A DNA stretch of 42,074 nucleotides. It comes from Candidatus Nanohaloarchaea archaeon. GTDB lineage: Archaea > EX4484-52 > GLR71. Below, piece after piece: positions 24,180 to 33,023 of the stretch; within the stretch, counting starts at the first letter, position 1, and every line of letters begins with the position of its first letter. A model generated the notes under the pieces. That model was not told the origin of the DNA and searched no databases. It was given only the letters and a program-made list of their open reading frames with translations. Both the position numbers and the translations under genes were made by a program. The stretch spans positions 1 through 42,074 of the forward strand of contig WTCB01000067.1 of assembly GCA_013138765.1 (NCBI GenBank), read 5' to 3'.

Positions 24180-27100
24180 TTGTTGACAAGAAAAAATAAT
24201 ATGCGGCATATGCATATGTTCATATTAGTGTCAGCTTTGATTTTTTTGGCAGTTCCAGCATTTACAGTTTCAAATCCATATTGGTTTGATACTGATTGGC
24301 ATTTCAGGACTAACCTTACAATCAATAATAGTGATTATGCCCGTGATAATTGGCCAATTGAACTGGATATTAATTTTACGGACCTTCTGTATCAATCAGG
24401 CAAGAACGGTACATTTGATAATGAGTCCATCCGTGTGATTGAACATAATTCTAGCGGGAGCGTATTATTTGAGCATCCTTTCCAATTTGATGATGCGATT
24501 GGATTCAATAATATCACTAATGCTTTAGGGACTATTACTTTTCTTTTGAACGGGACAACAACAGCTGATCAGATAAGGTACGTCTATGTATATTTTGACA
24601 TTGCTGAAAATACAGTCAAGACTCCTGTTACATATTCAACCAATCTTAATTATTCTTGGGATGGTGAAGAAGTTCATGTCAATAATAGTATCTATAGATT
24701 AAAGATAGATACATTGCGGGGTGAGAATACATCTGGGCTTTACGATATTTATTCGGATAGCATAATCTTTATCACAGCTTCTACAAGCAGTAAGACAAAG
24801 GAATATACGCAATTTTCAAATGGAACCGATACTTTTTCTTTTGATTTCAGAAATAATGCAACGTTTTCTGGCGGAAATATAAAACGAATTGTTGAACAGG
24901 CAGGGGTCGAGACATTGTGGGATAATCCGGGCGCGGTGACTGGTTTTGGATTTATGAGAAAGAGATATATCTTTTATGAAAATACATCCTGGATAAAAAT
25001 TGAACAAAATTATACTAATGTGGGTGTGTCATCTGTGACACGGAATTCTACAAGTGCGGGTGCATTATCCGTGAATGATCTTTTAACTCCTGAATTTTGG
25101 GTGCCACTTCTGTTTTGGAATATGACAAATCCTATGTCCTGGTTCGGTGCATCAGACGGTAGTCGAGGGCTTGGGTTGATTAATTATAATTATAGTTCTA
25201 ATGCGAATGTCTATGCTAAAAATGATACATTTTTAGATCGTATGGGAATTCATCTTGATCCTGTCACAATTGCACCCAATGAATCAGTAACTTATACGAC
25301 TATAATGCAGTTTAATGGGATTAATTATAATCAGGTCATCCTTAAATCGCTTAGGGATCAGATGTATTATCCGCCAATTATAACTCTTGATGCAAATCAG
25401 TTTATTCCGGCGTCAACAACTCCACAAATAAATTATTCTATATATAATCGGAATGATTCGGTTTTAATTATTGCAAATGTTACATCTGATGTGTATAATA
25501 TTGTTACATCAATGAATGCTACAGTTGATATGGGAACTTTGAGCGGTTCTGATGATCTTGATATCGTGCTGTATGATGATGGTGATGCAGCTCACGGGGA
25601 TGCAACGGTTTCAGATGGAATCTTTTCAAACATGTTTAACCTTTCTGAAAATAGCATTGTTGGTGTATGGAATGTAACTGTCAGAGCATTTGATTCTTTT
25701 GATGTTCTGCTTGTTTCTGAAAATACATCATTTAATGTAACTGATAGATATAATGTAACACTTAATATTTCAAATCCTCTTGGAATTGTTGACCGTGTGG
25801 TGAATGCTACAATCAATGTGAAAAATTCTAGGGATGAATCTGTTGGAGGTGCAACTATTAATTGTACATATGGCGCGGGACCGTTGACTAACATAACTGA
25901 CTTTGATAACGGTACATATCTTCTTAATTTTACTGCGCCTGCAATAACGGGCAATTATATCTTGGTCTGTAACGGTACAAAATTCAATAATACTGATGGT
26001 GATTCGCAGTCTTTCAATACTGAGACAAGTGAGACGACAATGTCTTTAGCAGCAGCACCTCAAAATCATACATCTTCGGGTATAAATCTCTTAGATGGAG
26101 ATACATTTATGATGTCTGTGAATACTACTGATATAGGCGGTGCGAATGCAAAAGCGGTAAATATATCATTGACACTTCCTGTGAATTTCAGTGCCAATTC
26201 GACTACCGGGCTTATCTTGGAATCTTGCGGTGATGTACTTATGTCATTTTCGTGTATCAGAGATTTTAATATCAGTGTTTTAAATGGCACTATCCCTGGA
26301 AATTATACAATCAATATCAGTACAACATGGATTAATCCAAACCTTCTTACAAATTCAACAAATGTCTCATTTATCACTTATGTTCTTTCAAATCCTATAA
26401 TTGATGTTTCAGAAAATAATGTGTCAGGAATTATTTCAGATGGCAAGGCGGGGACTTTAGGTAATTTTACGGTCGAGTCAATCGGCAATGATAATATTAC
26501 AGATGTGACATTTAATGTGTCTGGCCTTTCTGATTTTAGCATAACATTCAATCCCCTTAACATATCTTCATTGGTGATGAGTACATCACAATCTGTTTCT
26601 GTTGATGTGGCTGTGCCACAAGATTATGTGTCTGGTATCTATTCTGGTACAATCAATGTCAGTTCTCTTGATGGAGGGTGGAAAATGCTTGCATTGAATG
26701 TGACTGTGCCCGGGTTAACAACTGTGTCATTTTTGAAATCTCCTGACAATTACACATCTTCAATAATTTCTTTGGATTCCGGTGATTATTTTGATGTGAC
26801 AACTATTATGACAAATGATGGCATCTCTGATGCTAAAAACGTAAATATCACATTGTCAATGCCAATAAATATCAATTCTAATTCTACTTTTGAACAATGC
26901 GGCCGTGTAAACAGTAGTGATAATTGCACTAAAATGTTTAACATAACGATCAGTAATTATACTGCGCCCGGCAATTATACATTTAATATGACTTCAAGTT
27001 GGGTCAATCCTGACCTGTCTGTTTCGTCATCATATTTTAATTTTACAGTCCAGGTTGTTTCAAACCCTATAATTGATGTTTCTGGTGGGATATCAAGTAC

Positions 27101-30098
27101 ATTATCTGATAATTCATCTGTTTTTGCGGGTAATTTTACAATTGATTCTTTAGGGAATGATAATTTAACAGACATTACATTTACAGTATCCGGTCTTCCT
27201 GATTTTACATTTAAATTCAGTCCGGATAATCTGTCTGATCTTGGTGCTAATATGTCACAGTCTGTGTCTTTGAATGTGTCGGTACCGTTTGCGCAGTCTC
27301 CCGGGAATTATACTGGCGAAATAAATGTCAGTTCAGTTAATGGCGGTCATGGAGTAATTGACATAAATGTGACTGTCGATAGTCGGCGTGAATGGGACGT
27401 GACTCCAAAATCATGTCTCAGGTCTGAAAATCCAGATACGGGCACAGTATGTGTTGTAACTATTAAAAATACTGGAAATGTTCCACTCAATATTACAATT
27501 AATTCAGTGGATATCAATTATACGTCTGTAAATGAAACAAATATGACAATACCTAAAAATTCAGATTATGCGGTTGAATTCCTTTATAATGTGACTAATG
27601 TGACTAAGGATTTTTATTATGAGAATTATACGATCAATGCAACAGAAGTCGATGCAGTACCACAGCATTATGATTTTAATATAACACTTATCCCCTACAT
27701 TGTGCCGTTATTTTTGATAAATCTGAGTGAAGTTGTGGCTAAGCAAGATACAAATATTGAAATTTTTGCAAATATAACAGACAGGTCAACAACAGGTCTA
27801 AATTGGACAATGCTAAATGTTACATTACCGAACGGTACAATTGATGTGTTTAATATGTCTTTAGTAGCTACAAACGGTACAACTAGTCTGTGGTTTTTCA
27901 ATTATTCTGGAAACATGTCTGATTTTGTAAATTATACTGATGGTAATGCATCACTCAATATCTCAAATTATACAGGCAGTACTGTGACTCGCGGGACATA
28001 TAATTTTTCTATATATTCACAAGACAATACTGGTGTTATCGGGGTATACAGCAGTAATTTTAAGATATATACGAATCTGGTTATAGGTTTTACACCAGGT
28101 TCAACAAAATATTATCAGGGTTCAACGGGTTCTATATATTATACGGTTACTGATACGAATGGTGTGGGTATCTCAGATGCCAATGTTACGATATCGCTTA
28201 TGGGTCCTGATGGTTATGTGATGTATACTGAAAATTTTATGACTGATCCGACCGGGCAGGTGTCACCTGTGCCGACATTTGCCATTTCCAATGATGCAAC
28301 AGTGGGTATCTATAATTTTACTGCAGAAATGACTTATTATGATACTGTCTTGGAGACGGATGTGACATTTGTCGAGAATTCTACATTTACATTACAATCA
28401 GGAAGTTCAGGTGGTGGCGGCGGGCTTACAGCAGATATTGACACGGGCGTGTTATGGTATCCAGATAATGTTATGCGTTTTGAGATGTGGTTCTCTTATG
28501 CAGGCAATGTCACTGAACCGGATAACATGACACTTTTTGTATATGACCCTGCAGAAAATCTGTATTTTAATGTAACATTAAATGATACAAATAATACGGC
28601 ACCGGGACTTTATCATTATAAATTTGCAATGCCTATGAGTTCGGCATCGGGGTATTATTATGCAATCCTTACTGCATCAAAAGAGGGTTTTGTAAGTCAG
28701 AAAGTAAAACCGTTCAGGGTCTCTAAGGGGGGACCATATGATGTACGAGTGATGATAATACCACCATATGAAGTGCAGCGTCAAGATTATGTCAATTTTA
28801 ATATCTATATAGAGAATATGGGTGAAGTGACACAAGATGTATACCTTGATTATTGGGTATCCTACGGGAATGATACTTATTATTATAACAGTGAAGCAGT
28901 GCTTACGCCTGCTGGTGTAAATGTAACAATCACAAGGAGTGCATATATATTTTCAAATCAGCATCTTGGAATAAATACACTTAATGTCATGGCAACATAT
29001 GATAGTGTCCAGGCACCAATAATATCAAATGAAACATTTGAAGTAATTGAAGATGATGTAGAGATCCCACCACCACCAGATATTCCAGAGATACCTCCCG
29101 TTGTTCCTTCTGGCTGGCCTGAATTACCGGACGGTTCAAGCAGTTATGAAGATCTAAAGCCCATATCTGATTATGATGAAGAACATAGTATTTTTATAGA
29201 GACATATAATAAAGAGATCAATATCGTAAAAGGTTGGACAGATATAAGCGGTATCCGTATACGGAATAACGGTTGGGATACGCTTACAGATATAACTCTT
29301 GAATTGACAGGGATACCCTCGTCTTGGTTCAATATAACTCCTGAGAAGTATGAAGCGATACCTTCCGGGAATAGCACTCTGTTCCTTGTTGAATACAGTA
29401 TTCCCAAAAATGCAGAATCGGGTGTATATCCGTTTACTCTTGTTGCAAATTCTAAAGAAGTATCTGATGATAAGATGGGGCGTCTTATTGTGTTTACATC
29501 TATTGAAGAATTGATACGGCAGGATATCATCAATTTGAAGATTGAGATAAATAAGTTAGAGGGTGATCTTTATTTTGCAAGAAATATAGGCAAGGATGTT
29601 TCTGCGATATGGACAGTGATCGATCAGGCATGGATTCAACTTGTTCTTGCTGAAGAGAATGTAGATGATAAATTATATGATGATGCTCTTCAGAATATAC
29701 AGGTCGTTTCGGGGTTGGTAAAACGAGCAAAAATGCTTCTTGAAGCAGCATCAGATATAACTGTTCTTGGTGATGATAAAAGTGTATGGGTCACGGCATT
29801 AAAGGCTTTGGTCGTTATGGGAGCCTTTGCAGCAATCAGTATGTGGTGGATAAAGAAGAAAGATAAATTTAAACTGAAGAAATCTTTAACTAAATTTAAG
29901 AAAAAGACATTAAGCAAAGATGAGATTGAAATACGTAAAAAAGATTTGCTGTATGATAAGACTAAGATTCAAAGAGTGTTAAAGCTTTTAGAAAGTGAAT
30001 CTAAGGATGGGATTATGAATAAAAGTGCATATGATGAATTGAAAAAACTTAATGAGAAAAAGATTGCAACGATTGATAAGAAAATTAAAAAATTATGA
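24180..30098 (+). CDS. 1,972-aa second large surface protein. In order it has an N-terminal signal/anchor, a DUF2341-like domain, multiple Ig/CARDB/ASH-like beta-sandwiches, a G5 linker and a Pro-rich linker, a helical stalk, a C-terminal TM and a Lys-rich cytoplasmic tail.
   Basis: TTG 24180 lies 8 nt after AGGT (24168-24171), the same AGGTTGAT context seen upstream of 22183. The first ATG, at 24201 (MRHMHMFILVSALIFLAVPAF), is an alternative start. Sequons are dense throughout the ectodomain. The stop is TGA at 30096-30098. Confidence 0.9.
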   Translation: MLTRKNNMRHMHMFILVSALIFLAVPAFTVSNPYWFDTDWHFRTNLTINNSDYARDNWPIELDINFTDLLYQSGKNGTFDNESIRVIEHNSSGSVLFEHPFQFDDAIGFNNITNALGTITFLLNGTTTADQIRYVYVYFDIAENTVKTPVTYSTNLNYSWDGEEVHVNNSIYRLKIDTLRGENTSGLYDIYSDSIIFITASTSSKTKEYTQFSNGTDTFSFDFRNNATFSGGNIKRIVEQAGVETLWDNPGAVTGFGFMRKRYIFYENTSWIKIEQNYTNVGVSSVTRNSTSAGALSVNDLLTPEFWVPLLFWNMTNPMSWFGASDGSRGLGLINYNYSSNANVYAKNDTFLDRMGIHLDPVTIAPNESVTYTTIMQFNGINYNQVILKSLRDQMYYPPIITLDANQFIPASTTPQINYSIYNRNDSVLIIANVTSDVYNIVTSMNATVDMGTLSGSDDLDIVLYDDGDAAHGDATVSDGIFSNMFNLSENSIVGVWNVTVRAFDSFDVLLVSENTSFNVTDRYNVTLNISNPLGIVDRVVNATINVKNSRDESVGGATINCTYGAGPLTNITDFDNGTYLLNFTAPAITGNYILVCNGTKFNNTDGDSQSFNTETSETTMSLAAAPQNHTSSGINLLDGDTFMMSVNTTDIGGANAKAVNISLTLPVNFSANSTTGLILESCGDVLMSFSCIRDFNISVLNGTIPGNYTINISTTWINPNLLTNSTNVSFITYVLSNPIIDVSENNVSGIISDGKAGTLGNFTVESIGNDNITDVTFNVSGLSDFSITFNPLNISSLVMSTSQSVSVDVAVPQDYVSGIYSGTINVSSLDGGWKMLALNVTVPGLTTVSFLKSPDNYTSSIISLDSGDYFDVTTIMTNDGISDAKNVNITLSMPININSNSTFEQCGRVNSSDNCTKMFNITISNYTAPGNYTFNMTSSWVNPDLSVSSSYFNFTVQVVSNPIIDVSGGISSTLSDNSSVFAGNFTIDSLGNDNLTDITFTVSGLPDFTFKFSPDNLSDLGANMSQSVSLNVSVPFAQSPGNYTGEINVSSVNGGHGVIDINVTVDSRREWDVTPKSCLRSENPDTGTVCVVTIKNTGNVPLNITINSVDINYTSVNETNMTIPKNSDYAVEFLYNVTNVTKDFYYENYTINATEVDAVPQHYDFNITLIPYIVPLFLINLSEVVAKQDTNIEIFANITDRSTTGLNWTMLNVTLPNGTIDVFNMSLVATNGTTSLWFFNYSGNMSDFVNYTDGNASLNISNYTGSTVTRGTYNFSIYSQDNTGVIGVYSSNFKIYTNLVIGFTPGSTKYYQGSTGSIYYTVTDTNGVGISDANVTISLMGPDGYVMYTENFMTDPTGQVSPVPTFAISNDATVGIYNFTAEMTYYDTVLETDVTFVENSTFTLQSGSSGGGGGLTADIDTGVLWYPDNVMRFEMWFSYAGNVTEPDNMTLFVYDPAENLYFNVTLNDTNNTAPGLYHYKFAMPMSSASGYYYAILTASKEGFVSQKVKPFRVSKGGPYDVRVMIIPPYEVQRQDYVNFNIYIENMGEVTQDVYLDYWVSYGNDTYYYNSEAVLTPAGVNVTITRSAYIFSNQHLGINTLNVMATYDSVQAPIISNETFEVIEDDVEIPPPPDIPEIPPVVPSGWPELPDGSSSYEDLKPISDYDEEHSIFIETYNKEINIVKGWTDISGIRIRNNGWDTLTDITLELTGIPSSWFNITPEKYEAIPSGNSTLFLVEYSIPKNAESGVYPFTLVANSKEVSDDKMGRLIVFTSIEELIRQDIINLKIEINKLEGDLYFARNIGKDVSAIWTVIDQAWIQLVLAEENVDDKLYDDALQNIQVVSGLVKRAKMLLEAASDITVLGDDKSVWVTALKALVVMGAFAAISMWWIKKKDKFKLKKSLTKFKKKTLSKDEIEIRKKDLLYDKTKIQRVLKLLESESKDGIMNKSAYDELKKLNEKKIATIDKKIKKL
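24279..24630 (+). other. DUF2341-like N-terminal domain (tentative)
   Basis: YWFDTDWHFRTNLTINNSDYARDNWPIELDINF...ESIRVIEHNSSGSVLFEHPFQFDD...IRYVYVYFD resembles the 'W.yR..i.i.n....l.dfpv.v.l ... iRf.d.dg..l.ye.e ... iyvYyg' pattern of DUF2341. This was recognised by eye only. Confidence 0.4.
26031..27383 (+). repeat. Two tandem ~225-aa bi-domain units (26031-26714 and 26715-27383), of the same domain class as the giant protein's C-terminal cassettes
   Basis: ETTMSLAAAPQNHTSSGINLLDGDTF...SNPIIDVSENN...FTVESIGNDNITDVTFNVSGLSDFSITFNP...GIYSGTINVSS aligns with LTTVSFLKSPDNYTSSIISLDSGDYF...SNPIIDVSGG...FTIDSLGNDNLTDITFTVSGLPDFTFKFSP...GNYTGEINVSS. The period is 684 nt. Confidence 0.8.
29787..29852 (+). 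other. C-terminal TM helix of the 1,972-aa protein (WVTALKALVVMGAFAAISMWWI)
   Basis: A hydrophobic run is followed by KKKDKFKLKKSLTKFKKK (positive-inside). Confidence 0.8.
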
Positions 30099-30455
30099 TT
30101 GTGAACTATATTGCCTTTTTCGCAAATCAATAATTGCTAACTTTTTTTTGATTTCAGAAGTATGATGCTGTTTTTCAAAAAATACAATAAAAAATAGAAT
30201 ACACATGAATATTGTCAATACCAGTATGCTTACAGTATAACTTATTATATCGTTTATGATGTGGTATGTGGTGCCATCTGAAGTTGTACATAGTGTTTTT
30301 CCGCCTTGCATAGCAAATGAATACTCAATTGATGAGGTACCTCCGAAATTGTTACAGATGTCGACGTGTATAGATTCATGGAAATAGGTATGTGTGGCAT
30401 TTATGAACATGAACATTAAAATGATTATGATTATGTTTTCGAGAAATTGTTTCAT
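30093..30455 (-). CDS. 120-aa small membrane protein with two predicted TM helices and an HExxH motif (HESIH)
   Basis: ATG is the reverse complement of 30453-30455. The N-terminal IIIIILMFMFI and C-proximal ISYTVSILVLTIFMCILFFIVFF are hydrophobic. HESIH is encoded at 30366-30380. The gene converges on the 1,972-aa gene and overlaps it by 6 nt. A TATA-like box on the minus strand is centred about 26 nt upstream of the ATG. Confidence 0.55.
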   Translation of the reverse strand: MKQFLENIIIIILMFMFINATHTYFHESIHVDICNNFGGTSSIEYSFAMQGGKTLCTTSDGTTYHIINDIISYTVSILVLTIFMCILFFIVFFEKQHHTSEIKKKLAIIDLRKRQYSSQS

Positions 30456-30478
30456 AAGTATCTTTTAATATTGTTACA

Positions 30479-30486
30479 TTTAAATA
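30479..30486. promoter_or_regulatory. Archaeal-type TATA box TTTAAATA (core ATTTAAAT is palindromic) in the divergent intergenic region
   Basis: It matches the archaeal consensus TTTAWATA. It lies 24-31 nt from the minus-strand ATG at 30455, consistent with a leaderless transcript. A second TATA-like box, TTTATATT (30525-30532), lies about 32 nt upstream of ATG 30564. Confidence 0.4.
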
Positions 30487-30563
30487 GCTGTATGTTTATT
30501 TTATAATTAATTAGCATTATCTGGTTTATATTTATTGATCTATGATTGTAAATGTGATGTTTT

Positions 30564-31556
30564 ATGACGTGGGGATATTTAAAAAAGATATGTTCATCTA
30601 CTGTTTCTATGTTATTTTTAATTTTTATAATATTTTCAATATTTGCAGTAAATCCCGTTTCTGCAAAAGAACTTCAAGTCGGGGTTTCACCGTTAATGTT
30701 GGATCTTGGAACTGTGGGAAAAGGTGAAAGTGTTGTGGGATCATTTTTTATTGTGACATCTTCAAAAGATGAGATTGTTGTAAAATTAAAGTCGTCACGT
30801 TCTAATTTTGATTTTTTTAAGAAAAAAGAGAATATAGATATCGTACATTATGTTTCAGAAGAAGACAGTTCTGGGTGGGTTTATTTTCCTGAGAATCCGT
30901 ATGTGCTAAAATATGAGGATGATCAATTAAATACAAAAAGTGGAACTATCTCTGATTGGGAAAAAGTAAATTTTGTGTTGAATGTTCCGGATGATGCTGA
31001 TTCTTGTTATCATGCATTTAAAATTGAGCCGATACCATATGCGACAAAAGAAGAAGGTACTTCTGTTGACATAATTGCGATGGTGGCAATTACTGTAAAA
31101 TTTAAAGTTGAGGGTGATTGTGAGGTTCGTGGGGAAATATTGGACATAATGCAAGATAGTTCAAGTAAATATATTGATATTGGCGTCTATTTTAAGAATA
31201 CAGGAACGGCAACAGTATCTTTGTTCAGTCCAGAGGTTATGATCCTTTATGAAAATGGTACTTTGCTTGATAAAACACGTTCTGGATATTTATATGTTGC
31301 ACCGGGAGATATAGGGGTGTTGAATGCACGGTTTAATCCTAATAAAGTACATCCCGGCAATTATCTTTTAAATTCAACAGTAGCCTATGGTGCAAATACA
31401 ACATCTAAACAAGTAACATTGACTATTGAGGAACCCAAAATTATTGATGCTACGGTATCTGTTCCAGTAACAACTGATGGTATAAATTATAATTTTTTCT
31501 TGTTGTTTGCAATAATAATTTTGATTGCCTATAAGATATATAAACGAGATAATTAG
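30564..31556 (+). CDS. 330-aa secreted, C-terminally TM-anchored two-beta-sandwich (CARDB-like) protein
   Basis: It has a signal peptide (MLFLIFIIFSIFAVNPVSA|KE) and a C-terminal anchor (FFLLFAIIILIAYKIYKRDN). A GTGAT lies 5 nt upstream of the ATG. The stop is TAG at 31554-31556. Confidence 0.8.
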   Translation: MTWGYLKKICSSTVSMLFLIFIIFSIFAVNPVSAKELQVGVSPLMLDLGTVGKGESVVGSFFIVTSSKDEIVVKLKSSRSNFDFFKKKENIDIVHYVSEEDSSGWVYFPENPYVLKYEDDQLNTKSGTISDWEKVNFVLNVPDDADSCYHAFKIEPIPYATKEEGTSVDIIAMVAITVKFKVEGDCEVRGEILDIMQDSSSKYIDIGVYFKNTGTATVSLFSPEVMILYENGTLLDKTRSGYLYVAPGDIGVLNARFNPNKVHPGNYLLNSTVAYGANTTSKQVTLTIEEPKIIDATVSVPVTTDGINYNFFLLFAIIILIAYKIYKRDN

Positions 31557-31620
31557 TGTTTTATATTTTAACTATTAAATCAGTTGATGATTTATCTGTA
31601 ATATGGGCTCTTGAGCACAA

Positions 31621-31640
31621 TTTTTAAGAAATTATATAAG
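31621..31640 (+). promoter_or_regulatory. TATA-like elements (TTTTTAAGAA, ATTATATAAG) forming a possible internal promoter
   Basis: They sit in the largest + strand intergenic gap (115 nt), 32-50 nt upstream of ATG 31672, which has no SD-like sequence. T-runs (TGTTTTATATTTTA, 31557-31570) directly after the preceding stop could act as an oligo-T terminator. Confidence 0.3.
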
Positions 31641-31671
31641 TACTTAAAACCAATATTATTTTGTGTTCTCT

Positions 31672-32220
31672 ATGGGAAAATCATCAAAAAAACAAATTAA
31701 GATAAATTTTACTAAATATGTCTCAATAACTATTGGTTTTTTGTTAGTAATCTTTCTATTTTTTGCAATTTTTTCGACACCATCTTTTGAATCGGATAAT
31801 CATGTCTTAAATCATACAGTCATACACGCAGAAGATTTATTTTTTACTTATGAAGTTGATAAATATCCAACTGCTGTGGAGATAAGCAATATTACAGAAC
31901 GTAATTTATCGATAGGTTTTTCACTTGAAACATCAAGCCTTAATTTTGGTGTGGTCCCGACTGGAGGCAATATGGGGAAACGTTTTTTGACATTAAAAAA
32001 TACAGAAGAGAACAATGCAAAGATACAGTTTGTTGCATATGGCGATATATCGCAAATGATACAGTTTAGTGATAATGATTTCAATTTAGTCTCTGATGAA
32101 CTTAAACAGGTTGATATAGTTCTTGAAACAGAGTTGGATACACAGGTAGGAAATTATTCGGGTGAAATAGACCTAGTTATCAAAAGAGCTAAATATGGTT
32201 TTTTAGAGTGGTTTATATGA
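31672..32220 (+). CDS. 182-aa N-terminally anchored protein with one ASH/PapD(MSP)-like beta-sandwich
   Basis: The first ATG in the ORF is used; the track's start at 31663 is a GTG. The TM is YVSITIGFLLVIFLFFAIF. The motif LNFGVVPTGGNMGKRFLTLKNTEENNAKIQF....GNYSGEIDLVI fits the 'l.FG.v..g....k.l.l.N.......i.f' class. Confidence 0.75.
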   Translation: MGKSSKKQIKINFTKYVSITIGFLLVIFLFFAIFSTPSFESDNHVLNHTVIHAEDLFFTYEVDKYPTAVEISNITERNLSIGFSLETSSLNFGVVPTGGNMGKRFLTLKNTEENNAKIQFVAYGDISQMIQFSDNDFNLVSDELKQVDIVLETELDTQVGNYSGEIDLVIKRAKYGFLEWFI

Positions 32221-32244
32221 TTATCTATATTACGGGTGCAGTCA

Positions 32245-33009
32245 ATGTTTGGAAATAGATATTTTTCATCAATTGTTTTGGTTGTTCTTTTAGTATCTAT
32301 GACTTTTGCATACGGTACTGCTGTAAACATCAATGTTGCGGAATTTTTAGATTCTACATCAAAAGAGATTGATTGCTGTAATCTGGATGATAAAGTGATG
32401 ACTGCAAGCTATGATGTCTTTAATTCTGGAAGCATTGCATATGCTGCACGCATCAGGATGGATGTTTTTGATGAAGGAGAGATGGTCACATCAATATGGA
32501 GCCGTGAATATCGTATTAATCCTGCTCAAAGAGAAACAATAGATCTGTATTGGTATGAACAATCAGATAAAATACTTTTTGCAAATGCTAAATTATATAG
32601 GGCATATGATATTTTAGATATTGGAAATGTTACCTGGGAATTTAATGAGGCAGAGGTATCTCAAAGTGTGAATGATCTTGAGAGTCTGATTGGGTTTGAT
32701 AAGATCTGTGTGTATGATAATAAAATAAAATTTGAGATCACAACAGATGAAGATATTGAAAAAATGATAATATATCCAATACAGTATACAAAAGGATGGA
32801 TTTTTGAGCAGACAGTTGTTAATGATGTAATTTCTGGTAAATCAAAGAAAGTCTCAATAGATTATGATACAGGGGCATTTTTTGAAGATGAGATTACATT
32901 GATTGCAGTAAGTTCTGATGGCAGATATTATGGTGAAAAAACATTTTTACTCAAAAAAGAAGTCGGGCTTAAAAAATGGTTTAATATGTTTATGGATGCG
33001 TTGAATTAA
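32245..33009 (+). CDS. 254-aa secreted protein (signal peptide, no membrane anchor) with CARDB-like beta-sandwiches
   Basis: ATG 32245 lies 6 nt after GGGTG (32234-32238). The signal peptide is FSSIVLVVLLVSMTFAYGTA. The ORF-track start at 32236 is a GTG that overlaps the SD-like site. Confidence 0.75.
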   Translation: MFGNRYFSSIVLVVLLVSMTFAYGTAVNINVAEFLDSTSKEIDCCNLDDKVMTASYDVFNSGSIAYAARIRMDVFDEGEMVTSIWSREYRINPAQRETIDLYWYEQSDKILFANAKLYRAYDILDIGNVTWEFNEAEVSQSVNDLESLIGFDKICVYDNKIKFEITTDEDIEKMIIYPIQYTKGWIFEQTVVNDVISGKSKKVSIDYDTGAFFEDEITLIAVSSDGRYYGEKTFLLKKEVGLKKWFNMFMDALN

Positions 33010-33011
33010 TT

Positions 33012-33017
33012 AAGGAG
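33012..33017 (+). promoter_or_regulatory. Shine-Dalgarno-like AAGGAG
   Basis: It lies 6 nt upstream of ATG 33024 but has zero spacing to ATG 33018, which favours 33024 as the start. Confidence 0.6.
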
Positions 33018-33023
33018 ATGTTT

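Noticed and set aside
24816-29917. Antisense ORFs inside the 1,972-aa gene, including two of 120 aa (25592-25954 and 29171-29533)
   Set aside because: They are antisense to a well-supported CDS and have no SD or TATA context or recognisable motifs. Their length is explained by the codon bias of the sense strand.
30542-30727. 61-aa ORF starting at 30542 in another frame
   Set aside because: It overlaps the 330-aa gene, which has a clear signal peptide and C-terminal anchor. The short ORF has no features.
31557-31671. A C/D-box sRNA in the 115-nt gap, suggested by a TGATGA at ~31585
   Set aside because: There is no CTGA D box at the appropriate distance and no terminal stem. The gap is better explained as an oligo-T terminator plus TATA-like promoter elements.
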